From an uncultured bacterium (GTDB lineage Bacteria > Hydrogenedentota > CAZGCA01 > CBFDCQ01), in NCBI GenBank assembly GCA_965603355.1, contig CBFDCQ010000002.1, forward strand, positions 56,971 through 120,970: a stretch of 64,000 nt of DNA, read 5' to 3'. Both the position numbers and the translations under genes were made by a program. Positions 38,538 through 48,611 of this stretch are shown here, piece after piece (position 1 is the stretch's first letter; the number at the start of each line of letters is the position of its first letter). Below the pieces are notes generated by a model that worked only from the letters and a program-made list of their open reading frames with translations, made no database searches and was not told the DNA's origin.

Positions 38538-41495
38538 CTATTCCTCAGGCACCCCGATCTCAATATCGACACGCGCAGTCTCGCCCTCCTCGAGTTCAAC
38601 CGAAGCCGATCCGACCTCATGACCCGTAGTCTGTGACCACATGCCCTCCGAATGCGTGCCGATAGCTATCGTCTGCTGTATCGAGACCGACAGCTCGTAA
38701 GAGCCTGCAGCAAGCGCTTCTATACGATAAAAGCCTGTGGCGTCGGCCGAAGATGTTCCCGCTAGGCCCGTTGGCCCCGACTCTGTGATGGAACTCGCAG
38801 TAATCCCGGCACTGGTGTCAAACACTGGTTCGCCGTCCTGGGTCAAGTATCCCTCGACCACACCGGTTCCCGTGTGGAACTCAAAATCGTGCTCCGTGGT
38901 GTCACCCTGTTCAAGCACGAGGTTTGCCCACTGTATCGACCCCGTCTGCTCCGTACCACTGGTCAAGACAGCGCCGATGTTATAAGCGCCGGGCGCGAGG
39001 CCCGTCAGCTCATAGTGGCCGTTTGCATCGCTGGTGGTATTCTGTCGATGCGCGTCGTCGGGCCCAAGCGCACGCACCATAACGTATGTACCGGAACGCG
39101 CGGTCCCGTCCACGAAGACGTACCCCCGAATGGAGCCGCCCGATGAAAGCTGTATCGTCACCTCCGTCACGTCGCCCTCGGAAACGTTCACAGGCACCGA
39201 CGTGTATGCATACTCGGGATGCCTAACCTTGACAGTCCGTTGACCGACTGTAAGGTCCTGGAGTTCGAACGCTCCGCCAGCATCCGTCACGGCAGTCGCC
39301 GTATGTGTCTCACGCCATCCGTCGGCGATCTCGATCACATGAACCTCTGCCCCTTGAACCGGACTCGAATCCGCCTCAGCGAGCACGACGCCGCGTACAG
39401 CACCTGAACCGGAGAGCAGGAACTCGATGCCCTCAGTCACGCTTCCGCTTTCCACCACGATATCCGAGACTTCCTGCCCGGAATACCCTGTCGCGGACGC
39501 CATCAGTCTCGCGATCCCCGGTCGTACGTTCTCTATCGTGAACTCCCCTGTGTCCGAACTGAAACTATGCGACTTTTCATCTTCGAACCGAACACCGTCA
39601 ACGTTCTCGAAACTTGTCGTGAGTCTGACAATAAACTCCGGTATGGGTTGAAGCGTTGCCGCGGCCAATACCACGCCACTGATACCTCCATGGCGAGGCA
39701 AGACAACATCCGCGTCTATCGTGCCTGCTGGAATGCCGGTCAGAAACGCGGGCGAATAGTCCTCATGCTCAAAACGGATCATCTGTGCGCTCCCGCTCAC
39801 CCCTTCAAGGCTATAGTGACCCAAGCGGTCCGTCTTGGCCGAGAGTGACCCGGTCCATACTTGACCCATAACATCCACCCCTGGTATCCCCATGCCGTAC
39901 TCGTCCAGCGCAAAACCCTCTATGAATCCCTCGCCGCCTCCGACGACGACCTCCACACCCGTAATGCTCTCGCCAGCCGCAACCGTCAGCGGCTCGTTCA
40001 ACGCTCTCTTGCTGCGAGCACCATCGGAAACAAGGAACGTGTACGCACCGGGTGCAACGTCGGCTATCTCAAACTCGCCTCTCTTGTTCGCCTCGCCTGA
40101 AGCGACGCTCGAGAACCCCGCCTGCAGCATGACCGTCGCATTCGGGACGAAGGCTCCATCAGTAGTGACAACGTATCCGGCGACGAGCGCTCCAGTGTCG
40201 AGAACGAAATTCACTCCCTCAACATCTCCTTTCCCTGGCACGGGCATCGGCTTGGAGGTTAGCCTGCCATACCCACTGACAGAGGCAGTGACGCGGCAGA
40301 TAGTGTTGCGCTTGACCTCGGTTATCCGGTAATGCCCATCCTCGTCAGAGGTAGCGCTTCCGGAGGTGCCGCGGCCGGTGACCTTTAGTTCCGCTTCAGC
40401 GATAGGGTTCATAGCACTGTCCGTAACGCGCCCCGATATCGAGGCATTAAGGCCCGTACCCGGATCTGGCTGGTCGTCCCGTTCGCCATCCGTGGCAGCG
40501 CTCGGTTCGTCGGTGTCCGACACATCCCCTGCTCCCGCCGCTGAGGCTTCCCGCGACGTTGCCTCGCCCGACCCAGCTCCCACTCGCGGCGTCGGCCAAT
40601 CACCGGTTGCCGGCACGCCTGCTGAATCGCGCCCTGCAGAAACGGATTCTGGGATTTCGTCTGGCCCGGCAGGCCGCCGGTTTTCCCGAGTCAAGTAAAG
40701 CCCGCCCGCGATGAAAACGAGCACCGCACATATCGTAGCGACTGTTCCTGTAGTCTTGTTGATTCCCATGACAATCCCTCCTGCTTTCGCTATAATCCCG
40801 GTGATGTGGAGTATGGGTGCAGAAGGTAGAACGGAGGCTACCGGCGCGATTTTCGCAAAGGACGCACCCAAGGGCAACGCCGCGAGGACCTTGCTCGACA
40901 TCCCGCGCTTCTTTGCGGCGTCCACAAGACCTGTCTCGACGTACGCGGCCATCCGGTCTCTCAACCGCCTCCTCGCTCTTTCGAGGCGCTTCCGCATCGC
41001 AGCAGGAGAGATGCCGAGCGCTCTTGCCGCCTCATCGGTCGATTTGTCCTCGAAATAGTAGAGGATGATGGACTCGCGGTCGCGCACGGGGAGGCCTTTT
41101 AGAGCCTCATCGATCAAATGGCGCATCTCCATCTGTTCCACCTTTTCCGCAGCTCCCGGAGCCTGCGCGTATCCGAGCCGTTCACGCAACGTGACCGAAT
41201 CTGCGTGCAGTCTCTCCCGGTAGGCCTGCGATTTGCGCCAATTCCGCGACAGGTTCCTCGTAATGGTGCTTAACCATACGCCGAATCTGCCCGGCTGACG
41301 CAAGGTGGCGAGGTTCTCGAAACCCAGCAGGAAAGCATCCTGAGCGATATCCTGAGACGCCGTGTAGTTCCCGACCCGGCTATAGGCGATGGCAAGCACG
41401 AGCCCGCCGTACATGTCGACCAAGCGTCCGTACGATTCTCGGTCGCCGCCCTGCGCCCTCTTTACCAGATCAAGTTCCCGATTCGCGTCCATCAT
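38538..41495 (-). CDS. ECF sigma factor fused via a TM helix to extracytoplasmic carboxypeptidase-regulatory-like (Cna-B-type) repeats
   Basis: Region 2 (DIAQDAFL...FGVWLSTITRN), region 4 (LYYFEDKSTDEAARALG), TM segment, repeated ISGRVTD/TDAGGAFEL beta modules; GGAGG RBS. Confidence 0.88.
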   Translation of the reverse strand: MMDANRELDLVKRAQGGDRESYGRLVDMYGGLVLAIAYSRVGNYTASQDIAQDAFLLGFENLATLRQPGRFGVWLSTITRNLSRNWRKSQAYRERLHADSVTLRERLGYAQAPGAAEKVEQMEMRHLIDEALKGLPVRDRESIILYYFEDKSTDEAARALGISPAAMRKRLERARRRLRDRMAAYVETGLVDAAKKRGMSSKVLAALPLGASFAKIAPVASVLPSAPILHITGIIAKAGGIVMGINKTTGTVATICAVLVFIAGGLYLTRENRRPAGPDEIPESVSAGRDSAGVPATGDWPTPRVGAGSGEATSREASAAGAGDVSDTDEPSAATDGERDDQPDPGTGLNASISGRVTDSAMNPIAEAELKVTGRGTSGSATSDEDGHYRITEVKRNTICRVTASVSGYGRLTSKPMPVPGKGDVEGVNFVLDTGALVAGYVVTTDGAFVPNATVMLQAGFSSVASGEANKRGEFEIADVAPGAYTFLVSDGARSKRALNEPLTVAAGESITGVEVVVGGGEGFIEGFALDEYGMGIPGVDVMGQVWTGSLSAKTDRLGHYSLEGVSGSAQMIRFEHEDYSPAFLTGIPAGTIDADVVLPRHGGISGVVLAAATLQPIPEFIVRLTTSFENVDGVRFEDEKSHSFSSDTGEFTIENVRPGIARLMASATGYSGQEVSDIVVESGSVTEGIEFLLSGSGAVRGVVLAEADSSPVQGAEVHVIEIADGWRETHTATAVTDAGGAFELQDLTVGQRTVKVRHPEYAYTSVPVNVSEGDVTEVTIQLSSGGSIRGYVFVDGTARSGTYVMVRALGPDDAHRQNTTSDANGHYELTGLAPGAYNIGAVLTSGTEQTGSIQWANLVLEQGDTTEHDFEFHTGTGVVEGYLTQDGEPVFDTSAGITASSITESGPTGLAGTSSADATGFYRIEALAAGSYELSVSIQQTIAIGTHSEGMWSQTTGHEVGSASVELEEGETARVDIEIGVPEE

Positions 41496-41552
41496 ACCCT
41501 CCACCACCATGATACACCCAACTCCACCAGTTTCCAACCTTCCCGCTAACAT

Positions 41553-41579
41553 AGACAACTGACGCGACAAATTGTGACA
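41553..41579 (-). promoter_or_regulatory. Putative autoregulatory ECF promoter
   Basis: Minus strand TGTCACA-N16-GTCT just upstream of the ECF gene. Confidence 0.5.
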
Positions 41580-41606
41580 GCCTTGGTGTTGCAGGGCTCT
41601 CCGCCA

Positions 41607-41712
41607 GTGCGCGGCTCAACCTGTCCTACCACCGCTGTGTCATTCTGAGCGCAGCGAAGAACCTCACCAAGTATCGTGAAGCGAGCAGCGCCGGGCAAGA
41701 TGCCCGGCCTAC
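41607..41712. repeat. REP-like / miniature repeat cluster
   Basis: Minus-strand GTAG+GCCGGGCATCTTGCCCGGC (41690-41712); GTCATTCTGAGCGCAGCGAAGAACCTC (41639-41665); a degenerate GTAG unit. Confidence 0.6.
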
Positions 41713-41843
41713 CTCAACTACTTGAAGGCGATGCAGCTTGAGATTCCAAGCGCAAGAGTGTGGTTTTCTTTACGATTTCATGATAAAATCAACGGTGGTG
41801 GGACTTACCAGAATGGAATCGCATAAGGGGGTGTCGGAATAAA

Positions 41844-42659
41844 GTGGGAAAAGTCATTATCGGCGACATGGTGTTAGGCGAAGGTGCTCCGCTGTTTCTG
41901 ATAGCCGGTCCGTGCGTTATCGAAGGCGAGGCGCGCTGCACGTATGTCGCGGCCGCGGTCAAGGAGATAGCGAACCACCTGGATGTGCCGCTCATCTTCA
42001 AGGCGTCCTACGATAAGGCGAACCGCTCGTCAATAGGATCGTTCAGAGGGCCGGGTATCGAGGAGGGATTAAAGATCCTCTCATCCATAAGGGAGGAGTT
42101 GGAGATTGCCGTAACCAGCGATGTTCACTCGCCCAACCAGGTCGAACGTGCGGCCGAGGTGCTGGACGTGATACAGATACCGGCGTTCTTGTCGCGCCAG
42201 ACGGATCTTCTCCTTGCCGCCGGCAAGACCGGCAAGACCGTTAACATCAAGAAGGGACAGTTCATGGCTCCGTGGGATATGGTCCACGCGATCGATAAGG
42301 TGCGCTCCACGGGTAACGACCGTGTCATCCTGACGGAACGAGGCAGCTCCTTTGGCTACAACAACCTCGTCAGCGATATGAGGTCCATCTCTGTCCTGAA
42401 ACGGACCGGCTGCCCGGTGGTGTTTGACGCCACGCACAGCGTTCAGTTGCCTGGCGCTGAAGGCGCAAGCTCCGGCGGTGACCGCGATATGGTGCCCACG
42501 CTGGCGTTGGCAGCCGTGGCGGCGGGTGCGGACGGACTTTTCCTCGAGGTTCACCAGAACCCGAATGAGGCGCTGTGTGACGCTCCGAACGCGCTCCCAT
42601 TATCGGAATTGGAGCCGTTACTGGAAAAAGCTAAAGCTGTACGTGAGGCCGTGGCGTGA
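41844..42659 (+). CDS. kdsA: KDO-8-phosphate synthase
   Basis: IAGPCVIE, FKASYDKANRSS, QIPAFLSRQTD, KKGQF and DATHSVQ motifs. Confidence 0.97.
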   Translation: MGKVIIGDMVLGEGAPLFLIAGPCVIEGEARCTYVAAAVKEIANHLDVPLIFKASYDKANRSSIGSFRGPGIEEGLKILSSIREELEIAVTSDVHSPNQVERAAEVLDVIQIPAFLSRQTDLLLAAGKTGKTVNIKKGQFMAPWDMVHAIDKVRSTGNDRVILTERGSSFGYNNLVSDMRSISVLKRTGCPVVFDATHSVQLPGAEGASSGGDRDMVPTLALAAVAAGADGLFLEVHQNPNEALCDAPNALPLSELEPLLEKAKAVREAVA

Positions 42660-43603
42660 CCATACCGACTGCAAAAGAGGTTCTTCGGGTCGAGGCTGAG
42701 GCGATACTCGCGCTGATAGACAGGCTGGGCGCTGAGTTCGAGCACGCGGTGGACATGATGCTGGCGTGTGAGGGCAGAGTCGTCGTGTCCGGTATGGGAA
42801 AGGCGGGGATCATCGCGCACAAGATCTCCGCCACACTGGCAAGCACCGGCACACCATCCGTCTGGCTCCATCCCGCCGAGGCTGTTCACGGCGATATAGG
42901 TATGGTCACGGGTGACGACGTAGTGATCGCCATCTCCAACAGCGGGGAGACCGACGAGATTGTTAAACTGCTTCCCGTCATAAAGAAGATCGGGGCGAAA
43001 CTCGTCGCGCTCACCGGTAACCTGGAGTCCCCCCTGGCCCAGTACAGCGACTGTGTGCTCGACGTGGGCGTATCCCGTGAGGCCTGCCCGCTCGGCCTCG
43101 CACCGACCGCGAGCACCACCGCCGCGCTCGCTCTTGGCGATGCGCTTGCGATGGTTCTCCTCAAACGAAAGGGATTCAACACGGAGAAATACGGCCTTTT
43201 CCATCCTGCCGGTATGCTCGGCAGAACCTTGTTGAAGGTCAGCGACGTGATGCGCACCGGCGATAGGGACCCGGTGGTCGCGGCGGAAACCCCTGTACGG
43301 GAGGTTCTGTTCGCCATCACCGGCGCTCGTGCGGGAGCTGCCTCCGTCGTGGATGAGAAAGGTACGCTTGTCGGGATTTTCACCGACGGCGATCTGCGAC
43401 GCGCGCTCGAACGGGAGCAAGACGTGATAGACAAACATGTTTCGGAGGTGATGACGCGCGATCCGTTCACGATCGGGCAGGATAATCTCGCCATGGAAGC
43501 CGTGCGCATCGCCAAGGAGCATCAGATCGGCGAGTTGCCGGTCGTAGATGATTCGGGAAAACCTGTGGGTGTCTTCAACGTAAAGGATGTAATTGGAGAA
43601 TGA
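42656..43603 (+). CDS. kdsD: Arabinose-5-phosphate isomerase (KpsF/GutQ family)
   Basis: GMGKAG, LASTGTPS, EAVHGDIG and APTASTT motifs; CBS pair. Confidence 0.95.
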   Translation: MTIPTAKEVLRVEAEAILALIDRLGAEFEHAVDMMLACEGRVVVSGMGKAGIIAHKISATLASTGTPSVWLHPAEAVHGDIGMVTGDDVVIAISNSGETDEIVKLLPVIKKIGAKLVALTGNLESPLAQYSDCVLDVGVSREACPLGLAPTASTTAALALGDALAMVLLKRKGFNTEKYGLFHPAGMLGRTLLKVSDVMRTGDRDPVVAAETPVREVLFAITGARAGAASVVDEKGTLVGIFTDGDLRRALEREQDVIDKHVSEVMTRDPFTIGQDNLAMEAVRIAKEHQIGELPVVDDSGKPVGVFNVKDVIGE

Positions 43604-44139
43604 AGATAGAACCGGACACGGAAGAACGAATGCGCAAGATTACAATGCTAATGACGGATGTTGATGGTGTGCTTACGGATGGCAGAATCGTGTTCCTCGG
43701 CGACAGTGCCGAAGCGAAAGTATATAACGTAAAGGACGGTTTCGGGTTCAAACTGTGGCATCGTGTAGGACATCTCAGCGCCTGGGTTACTGCCAGGGTC
43801 TCCAGTGCGGCGTCAAAGCGCGCCCAGGAGCTCGGCATTACCGAGTATAGGGAGGCTGCACCCAATAAGGCGATGGCCGTCCAGGAAATTGCGAAGAAGT
43901 GGGAACTCAAGAAGGAGCAGATCGCGTTTGTCGGCGACGACTTGCCGGACCTGACGGCGATGAACTGTGCAGGGCTGGCCGTTACCGTAGCTGACGCCTC
44001 TGAAGAGGTGAAACAAAGCGCCGATCTGGTGTTGGATAGACGCGGCGGCCACGCGGCAATCCGCCAACTGATCGAGCTTATCCTGAAGGTGCAAGGGCAT
44101 TGGGAACAACTTACGGACAGGGTGGCGTCCGGGCTGTGA
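43600..44139 (+). CDS. kdsC: KDO-8-phosphate phosphatase
   Basis: DVDGVLTDG, VGDDLPD and GGHAAIR motifs. Confidence 0.95.
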   Translation: MKIEPDTEERMRKITMLMTDVDGVLTDGRIVFLGDSAEAKVYNVKDGFGFKLWHRVGHLSAWVTARVSSAASKRAQELGITEYREAAPNKAMAVQEIAKKWELKKEQIAFVGDDLPDLTAMNCAGLAVTVADASEEVKQSADLVLDRRGGHAAIRQLIELILKVQGHWEQLTDRVASGL

Positions 44140-44176
44140 ACAATGAACCATTGCATCCCGGCTGTCGTATAGTCTG

Positions 44177-44245
44177 GTAGGGCGGGCATCTTGCCCGCCG
44201 AGAGATACGGTAGTGATAGCAGGGCGCAGCAAGCAACGCCCCTAC
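44177..44245. repeat. Inverted pair of REP-like palindromes (REPIN-like)
   Basis: GTAG+GGCGGGCATCTTGCCCGCC on plus strand facing GTAG+GGGCGTTGCTTGCTGCGCCC on minus strand. Confidence 0.7.
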
Positions 44246-44265
44246 GGAACGACGGTGTCAGCCAC

Positions 44266-45078
44266 ATGAGGGTGAACGGTTCGAAAGCGCGCGGTGCAGT
44301 CTTTTCTGCTCTGATGGCTTTGCTCCTATCCTCGCTTGGCCTTGCAAGCGAGCCTGCTCGGGACGAGAAGCAGGAGGAGTTGCAGAAACAGACGCGCCTG
44401 CGGATGGTCGAGACGCAGATCCGGCGGCGCGGCGTCAAGAACAAGACTGTTCTCGCCGCGATGCGGAACGTGCCCCGCCATGAGTTCGTTCCGCAGAAAC
44501 TACGCGCGCTGTCTTACGAGGATAGACCTCTCCCGATTGGGCACGGCCAGACCATCTCACAGCCGTACATAGTAGCTTACATGAGTGAGCTGCTCACCCC
44601 TAAGAAGGAGCACAAGGTGTTGGAGGTCGGCACCGGTTCCGGATACCAGGCCGCCGTGCTGGGGGAGATCGTCTCCAAGGTCTACACAATTGAGGTTATC
44701 GAAGAGCTGGGCAAGTCGGCAAAGGCACGCCTGGCAAACCTGGAATACAAGAACATCGAGGTGAAAATCGCGGATGGCTACCACGGTTGGAAGGAACACG
44801 CGCCGTTCGACTCTATCATAGTCACCTGCGCCGCGGACCACGTACCGCCACCTTTGGTGCAGCAGTTGAAGCCCGGTGGAAAGATGTGCATACCTGTCGG
44901 CCCGGTGTTCTATGAGCAGCAGTTAGTTCTCGTGACCAAGCGGAAAGATGGTAGCGTCCGGTCGAAAAGCGTTCTGCCGGTGCGATTCGTGCCGTTCGTG
45001 CGCCCCGGGCAAGATACGCCGACAACCCGGCCACCCAGACCTGCGCGACGAACGCGCGTGAAACCGACTCCCGAATAA
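44266..45078 (+). CDS. pcm: Protein-L-isoaspartate O-methyltransferase with N-terminal signal-like extension
   Basis: VPRHEFVP, GQTISQPY, LEVGTGSGYQAA, APFDSII and QLKPGG motifs; start uncertain. Confidence 0.93.
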   Translation: MRVNGSKARGAVFSALMALLLSSLGLASEPARDEKQEELQKQTRLRMVETQIRRRGVKNKTVLAAMRNVPRHEFVPQKLRALSYEDRPLPIGHGQTISQPYIVAYMSELLTPKKEHKVLEVGTGSGYQAAVLGEIVSKVYTIEVIEELGKSAKARLANLEYKNIEVKIADGYHGWKEHAPFDSIIVTCAADHVPPPLVQQLKPGGKMCIPVGPVFYEQQLVLVTKRKDGSVRSKSVLPVRFVPFVRPGQDTPTTRPPRPARRTRVKPTPE

Positions 45079-45079
45079 G

Positions 45080-47524
45080 ATGCGAGAGAACAGGAGCGAA
45101 ACGCCCCCGATTACGTTGCTCGCATCGATCTTTCTCCTCTCATCGGCCGTCATCTCCCACGAGATAGTCCTGGCGCGGCTTTTCTCCATCACACAGTGGC
45201 ACCATTTCGCGTACATGGTGATAAGCGTGGCGCTGCTTGGCTTCGGCGCCAGCGGCACGTTCATGTCGCTGTGCCGAAAATTCATCCTCGCGAACTACCG
45301 CGCCGTCTACGGTGTCTCGGCAGCGCTTTACGCGACAGCCGTTGTCTTGTCATTTATCGCAACTCAGCGCGTCCCCTTCGATCCGTTCCTAATCGTTTGG
45401 GATAAGCGTCAGTACGTCTACCTTCTCGGATACTGTGCAACGCTGTTCGTGCCATTCTTCCTCGCGGCGATATGTATTGGTTCGACCTTTATAAAGTACG
45501 CGGGGAAGGTCGGCAAGGTCTACTTCGCCAACATGGCCGGCTCCGGCGCCGGCAGCGCATGCATCCTCCTTGCAATGTACCTCGTTCGGCCGGAATCGCT
45601 CCTGCTGCTGGTGGCCGGCGCAGCCGCTTTCGCAGTCGTAATCCTGCTCTTGCCGCGACGCAAGCTCGATGCACTCTCAGTCGCGCTGGCAGCTTTCATA
45701 CCGCTCGCTCTCATTCACATTACAGGCGGATTAGAACTCCGGGTGAGCGAGTTCAAGACACTTCCGGCGCTTATGGACCTGCCTGATGCCCGGATTATCG
45801 CGAAAAGATCGAGCCCGCTCGGCAGGATCGACGTCGTCTCGAGCCCGGCTATCCGCGAGGCGCCCGGTATGAGTCTGGCATGCACCTACGAGATACCGCC
45901 ACAGACGGCCCTGGTGGTCGATGCCGACTCCACGAGCGCCGTGACGGACTTCGACAACGACGTCTCACGGCTCGCTTATCTCGACTGGCTCACCTCGTCC
46001 GCCGTGTACCACGCCGTTCGAGCAGGCGGCAGCGGAGAGCAAACAGTTCTGGTTGTTGGCGCCGGCGGTGGCGCGGACATCCTGGCGGCGCGGTACGCTG
46101 GTATGGACCGCATTGACGCCCTGGAACTCGACCGCAGCGTCATCCACCTCATGCGACACGAGCTGCGCGATTCATCGTGTAACTTGTATGACTCGCCGGG
46201 AGTAAGGGTCATCAACACGGAGGGACGCGCTTTCTTCGACAGCACAAACGAACTCTACGACGTCGTTCAGATTTCGCTGCTCGACTCATTCAGCGCGTCG
46301 GCTGCGGGCGTATTGGCGCTCAACGAAAGCTACCTGTACACCGTCGAGGCTCTCCGTTCGTACATCGCGCACCTCAGGCCGGACGGTATCCTGTCGGTTA
46401 CACGCTGGCTCAAGATGCCGCCGCGCGACAATGTGAGACTCTTCGGGACTGCCGTCGAGGCTCTGAACTCATCAGGCACGCTTGACCCCGGCAAGCACGT
46501 TGTCCAACTTCGAGGGTGGAAAACCTGTACCACGCTGATCAAACGTGACCCGTTCAATGGCGCCGAGTTGGAGGCGATAGCCAAGTTCTGCCAGGAGCGC
46601 TCGTTCGACCTATGCTATTTCCCGGGCATCCAGCCGGAGGTTGTCAATGAGTATAATGTTCTCGAACGCCCGTTCCTCTATGAGGCGGCAACTGCGCTGC
46701 TCGGCCCTGAAAAGGAAGACTACTACCGGAACAGCCTTTTCAACGTGATTCCCGCCACGGATGACAGGCCGTACTATTTCCACTTCTTCAAGTGGTCGTC
46801 ACTGCCTGAACTGCGCAGGACGCTGAGCACGCAATGGGTGCCCTTCGTTGAATGGGGATACGTAGTTCTGGTAGCGACTCTGATCATCGCGCTGCCGTTG
46901 AGCGTCGTGCTTGTTCTGTTACCTCTCCTGTGGCTGCGTCGTCCTGCGGGCAGGAAAGTCGGTTTTCCGAGGGTGGTCGCGTACTTCCTCGCAATCGGCG
47001 CGGGATACATGTTCATCGAGATCGTATTCATACAGAAACTGACGAGGATCATGCCGCACCCCATCATCGCGCTCGGCATAACGTTAACGATCTTCCTTCT
47101 GGGGTCCGGGCTGGGCGGGTTGAGTTCATCGCGTCTCGCAGGCAGGTTTAAGAGACCGGTATGGATCGCGTTCGCCTGCATCACGGCAGCTTTAGTGACC
47201 TATGTCCTGGTTTTTGATCTCATCTCAGCCGGGTCACAGCTTTTCTCGCCAAATGTGAAACGGATCGTTGCCGGCGCCACCGTGTTCGTTCTGGCGTTCT
47301 TTATGGGGATACCCTTTCCCACGGGTCTGCGGCGGCTCGCCTCCTTATCGCCCGAGCTACTGCCCTGGGCGTGGGGGATCAACGGGTGCGCGTCAGTCGT
47401 CGGACCGATACTCGCAACCTGCCTCTCCATATCGCTCGGATTCAGGATCGTTATAGCGCTGTCGGCAGGACTTTACCTGGTCGCTGCATTTGCCTTTCCC
47501 AGACGCACAGGAGATGAAACGTAA
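45080..47524 (+). CDS. Multi-TM protein with central spermidine-synthase-like SAM-binding domain
   Basis: N- and C-terminal TM bundles; VLVVGAGGG, ESYLYTVEA, ATDDRPY and WAWGING motifs. Confidence 0.85.
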   Translation: MRENRSETPPITLLASIFLLSSAVISHEIVLARLFSITQWHHFAYMVISVALLGFGASGTFMSLCRKFILANYRAVYGVSAALYATAVVLSFIATQRVPFDPFLIVWDKRQYVYLLGYCATLFVPFFLAAICIGSTFIKYAGKVGKVYFANMAGSGAGSACILLAMYLVRPESLLLLVAGAAAFAVVILLLPRRKLDALSVALAAFIPLALIHITGGLELRVSEFKTLPALMDLPDARIIAKRSSPLGRIDVVSSPAIREAPGMSLACTYEIPPQTALVVDADSTSAVTDFDNDVSRLAYLDWLTSSAVYHAVRAGGSGEQTVLVVGAGGGADILAARYAGMDRIDALELDRSVIHLMRHELRDSSCNLYDSPGVRVINTEGRAFFDSTNELYDVVQISLLDSFSASAAGVLALNESYLYTVEALRSYIAHLRPDGILSVTRWLKMPPRDNVRLFGTAVEALNSSGTLDPGKHVVQLRGWKTCTTLIKRDPFNGAELEAIAKFCQERSFDLCYFPGIQPEVVNEYNVLERPFLYEAATALLGPEKEDYYRNSLFNVIPATDDRPYYFHFFKWSSLPELRRTLSTQWVPFVEWGYVVLVATLIIALPLSVVLVLLPLLWLRRPAGRKVGFPRVVAYFLAIGAGYMFIEIVFIQKLTRIMPHPIIALGITLTIFLLGSGLGGLSSSRLAGRFKRPVWIAFACITAALVTYVLVFDLISAGSQLFSPNVKRIVAGATVFVLAFFMGIPFPTGLRRLASLSPELLPWAWGINGCASVVGPILATCLSISLGFRIVIALSAGLYLVAAFAFPRRTGDET

Positions 47525-47572
47525 CCGAGAAGGGGCGAGTGCTCTCATGAAGGGCTGCCCGCAACTTTGGGA

Positions 47573-47601
47573 TTGCTCAAAACCAGAATCTGTGCTAACA
47601 T
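47573..47601 (+). promoter_or_regulatory. Putative sigma70 promoter
   Basis: TTGCTC-N17-TAACAT with extended TG. Confidence 0.45.
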
Positions 47602-47631
47602 TACCGTGGTGAGAGTGGTGGAGGTCGATTG

Positions 47632-48009
47632 ATGGGCAGGGCGCAAAAGCAGTTGGCGAAGAAGAAACCCGGACATGAACGTCTCTATTACTCGATCACC
47701 GAGGTCAGCGACATGCTGGCCGTTAAACCGCACGTGTTGCGGTACTGGGAGCAGGAGTTCGGCGACGTTCGACCCGTACGGACGCCACGGGGCGTGCGCC
47801 GCTATCGGAAGGACGATGTCGAGGTCTTGAAGCGGGTCAAACAGCTTCTCTGGACGGAAGGGTACACCACTGAGGGGGCCCAGAAGAGGCTCAGGGACGA
47901 GCGAAAGGGAGAAGCTGGACCCCGCAACGCGGCGGAGACCTCGAGGATAATTGACGAGATCGAACAGAAGCTGTGGCATATTCATGACATTTTAGACTCA
48001 AAGACGTGA
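47632..48009 (+). CDS. MerR-family transcriptional regulator
   Basis: YYSITEVS...HVLRYWEQEF...GVRRY...GYTTEGA; this subfamily typically precedes tRNA-Pro. Confidence 0.92.
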   Translation: MGRAQKQLAKKKPGHERLYYSITEVSDMLAVKPHVLRYWEQEFGDVRPVRTPRGVRRYRKDDVEVLKRVKQLLWTEGYTTEGAQKRLRDERKGEAGPRNAAETSRIIDEIEQKLWHIHDILDSKT

Positions 48010-48049
48010 GGTAGTATCGGGAAACGTCGGAGTCGCTCTGAGGCTATAA

Positions 48050-48127
48050 CGGGGCGTGGCGCAGTCTGGTTAGCGTACTTGACTGGGGGTCAAGTGGTCG
48101 CCGGTTCAAATCCGGCCGCCCCGACCA
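48050..48127 (+). tRNA. tRNA-Pro(GGG)
   Basis: CGGGGCG acceptor stem, CTTGA-CTGGGGG-TCAAG anticodon arm, GGTTCAAATCC T-arm, encoded CCA. Confidence 0.97.
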
Positions 48128-48325
48128 TGTAATACGTGACGCGGCGGGCTGCCGCAGGAAGGCAGAGCCGTTCTTTTTCTCCTCCATAGAGGCCTGTGCC
48201 ATGCAACTGCCACCTATAGCGCAATTAGCAGTTGCGGATGAGCGTGCATCGCACCGAGGTCTACACGTTCGGAGGATCCCCTTGATAAGGCGGGCGTGGG
48301 TCAACGCCTTTACTCGGTGACACAC

Positions 48326-48523
48326 TGTCTCAGTGTCTCATTTAAGGCCGGGTGTATCACATACTGTATGTGAGACTGACGGTATGGCTTGCCCTGCCTG
48401 AGCGCAGTCCTACAAGTACTTGCAATATCTTAACATAAGTTGAGACATGAGTTGCCTATGCCTGTACGGCTGTCAAGAGCATATCGCTGCATGATGTCTC
48501 ACAGAGATCTATTTCCTGAGACA
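48326..48523. promoter_or_regulatory. Array of TGTCTCA/TGAGACA half-sites (putative activator sites)
   Basis: TGTCTCA at 48326, 48334 and 48495; TGTATCA at 48353; TGAGACT at 48371; TGAGACA at 48441 and 48517. Confidence 0.55.
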
Positions 48524-48611
48524 CACAGGTTTGGCGTTCGACGACCTGTATATCGGCACAAGTCCATGCTGGAACGGTATTTATGGCTTATGCTCCTGCT
48601 TCAGGTCTGGT

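Noticed and set aside
48555-48569. Alternative sigma54 box GGCACAAGTCCATGC
   Set aside because: The GG-GC spacing is 11 nt, not the required 10
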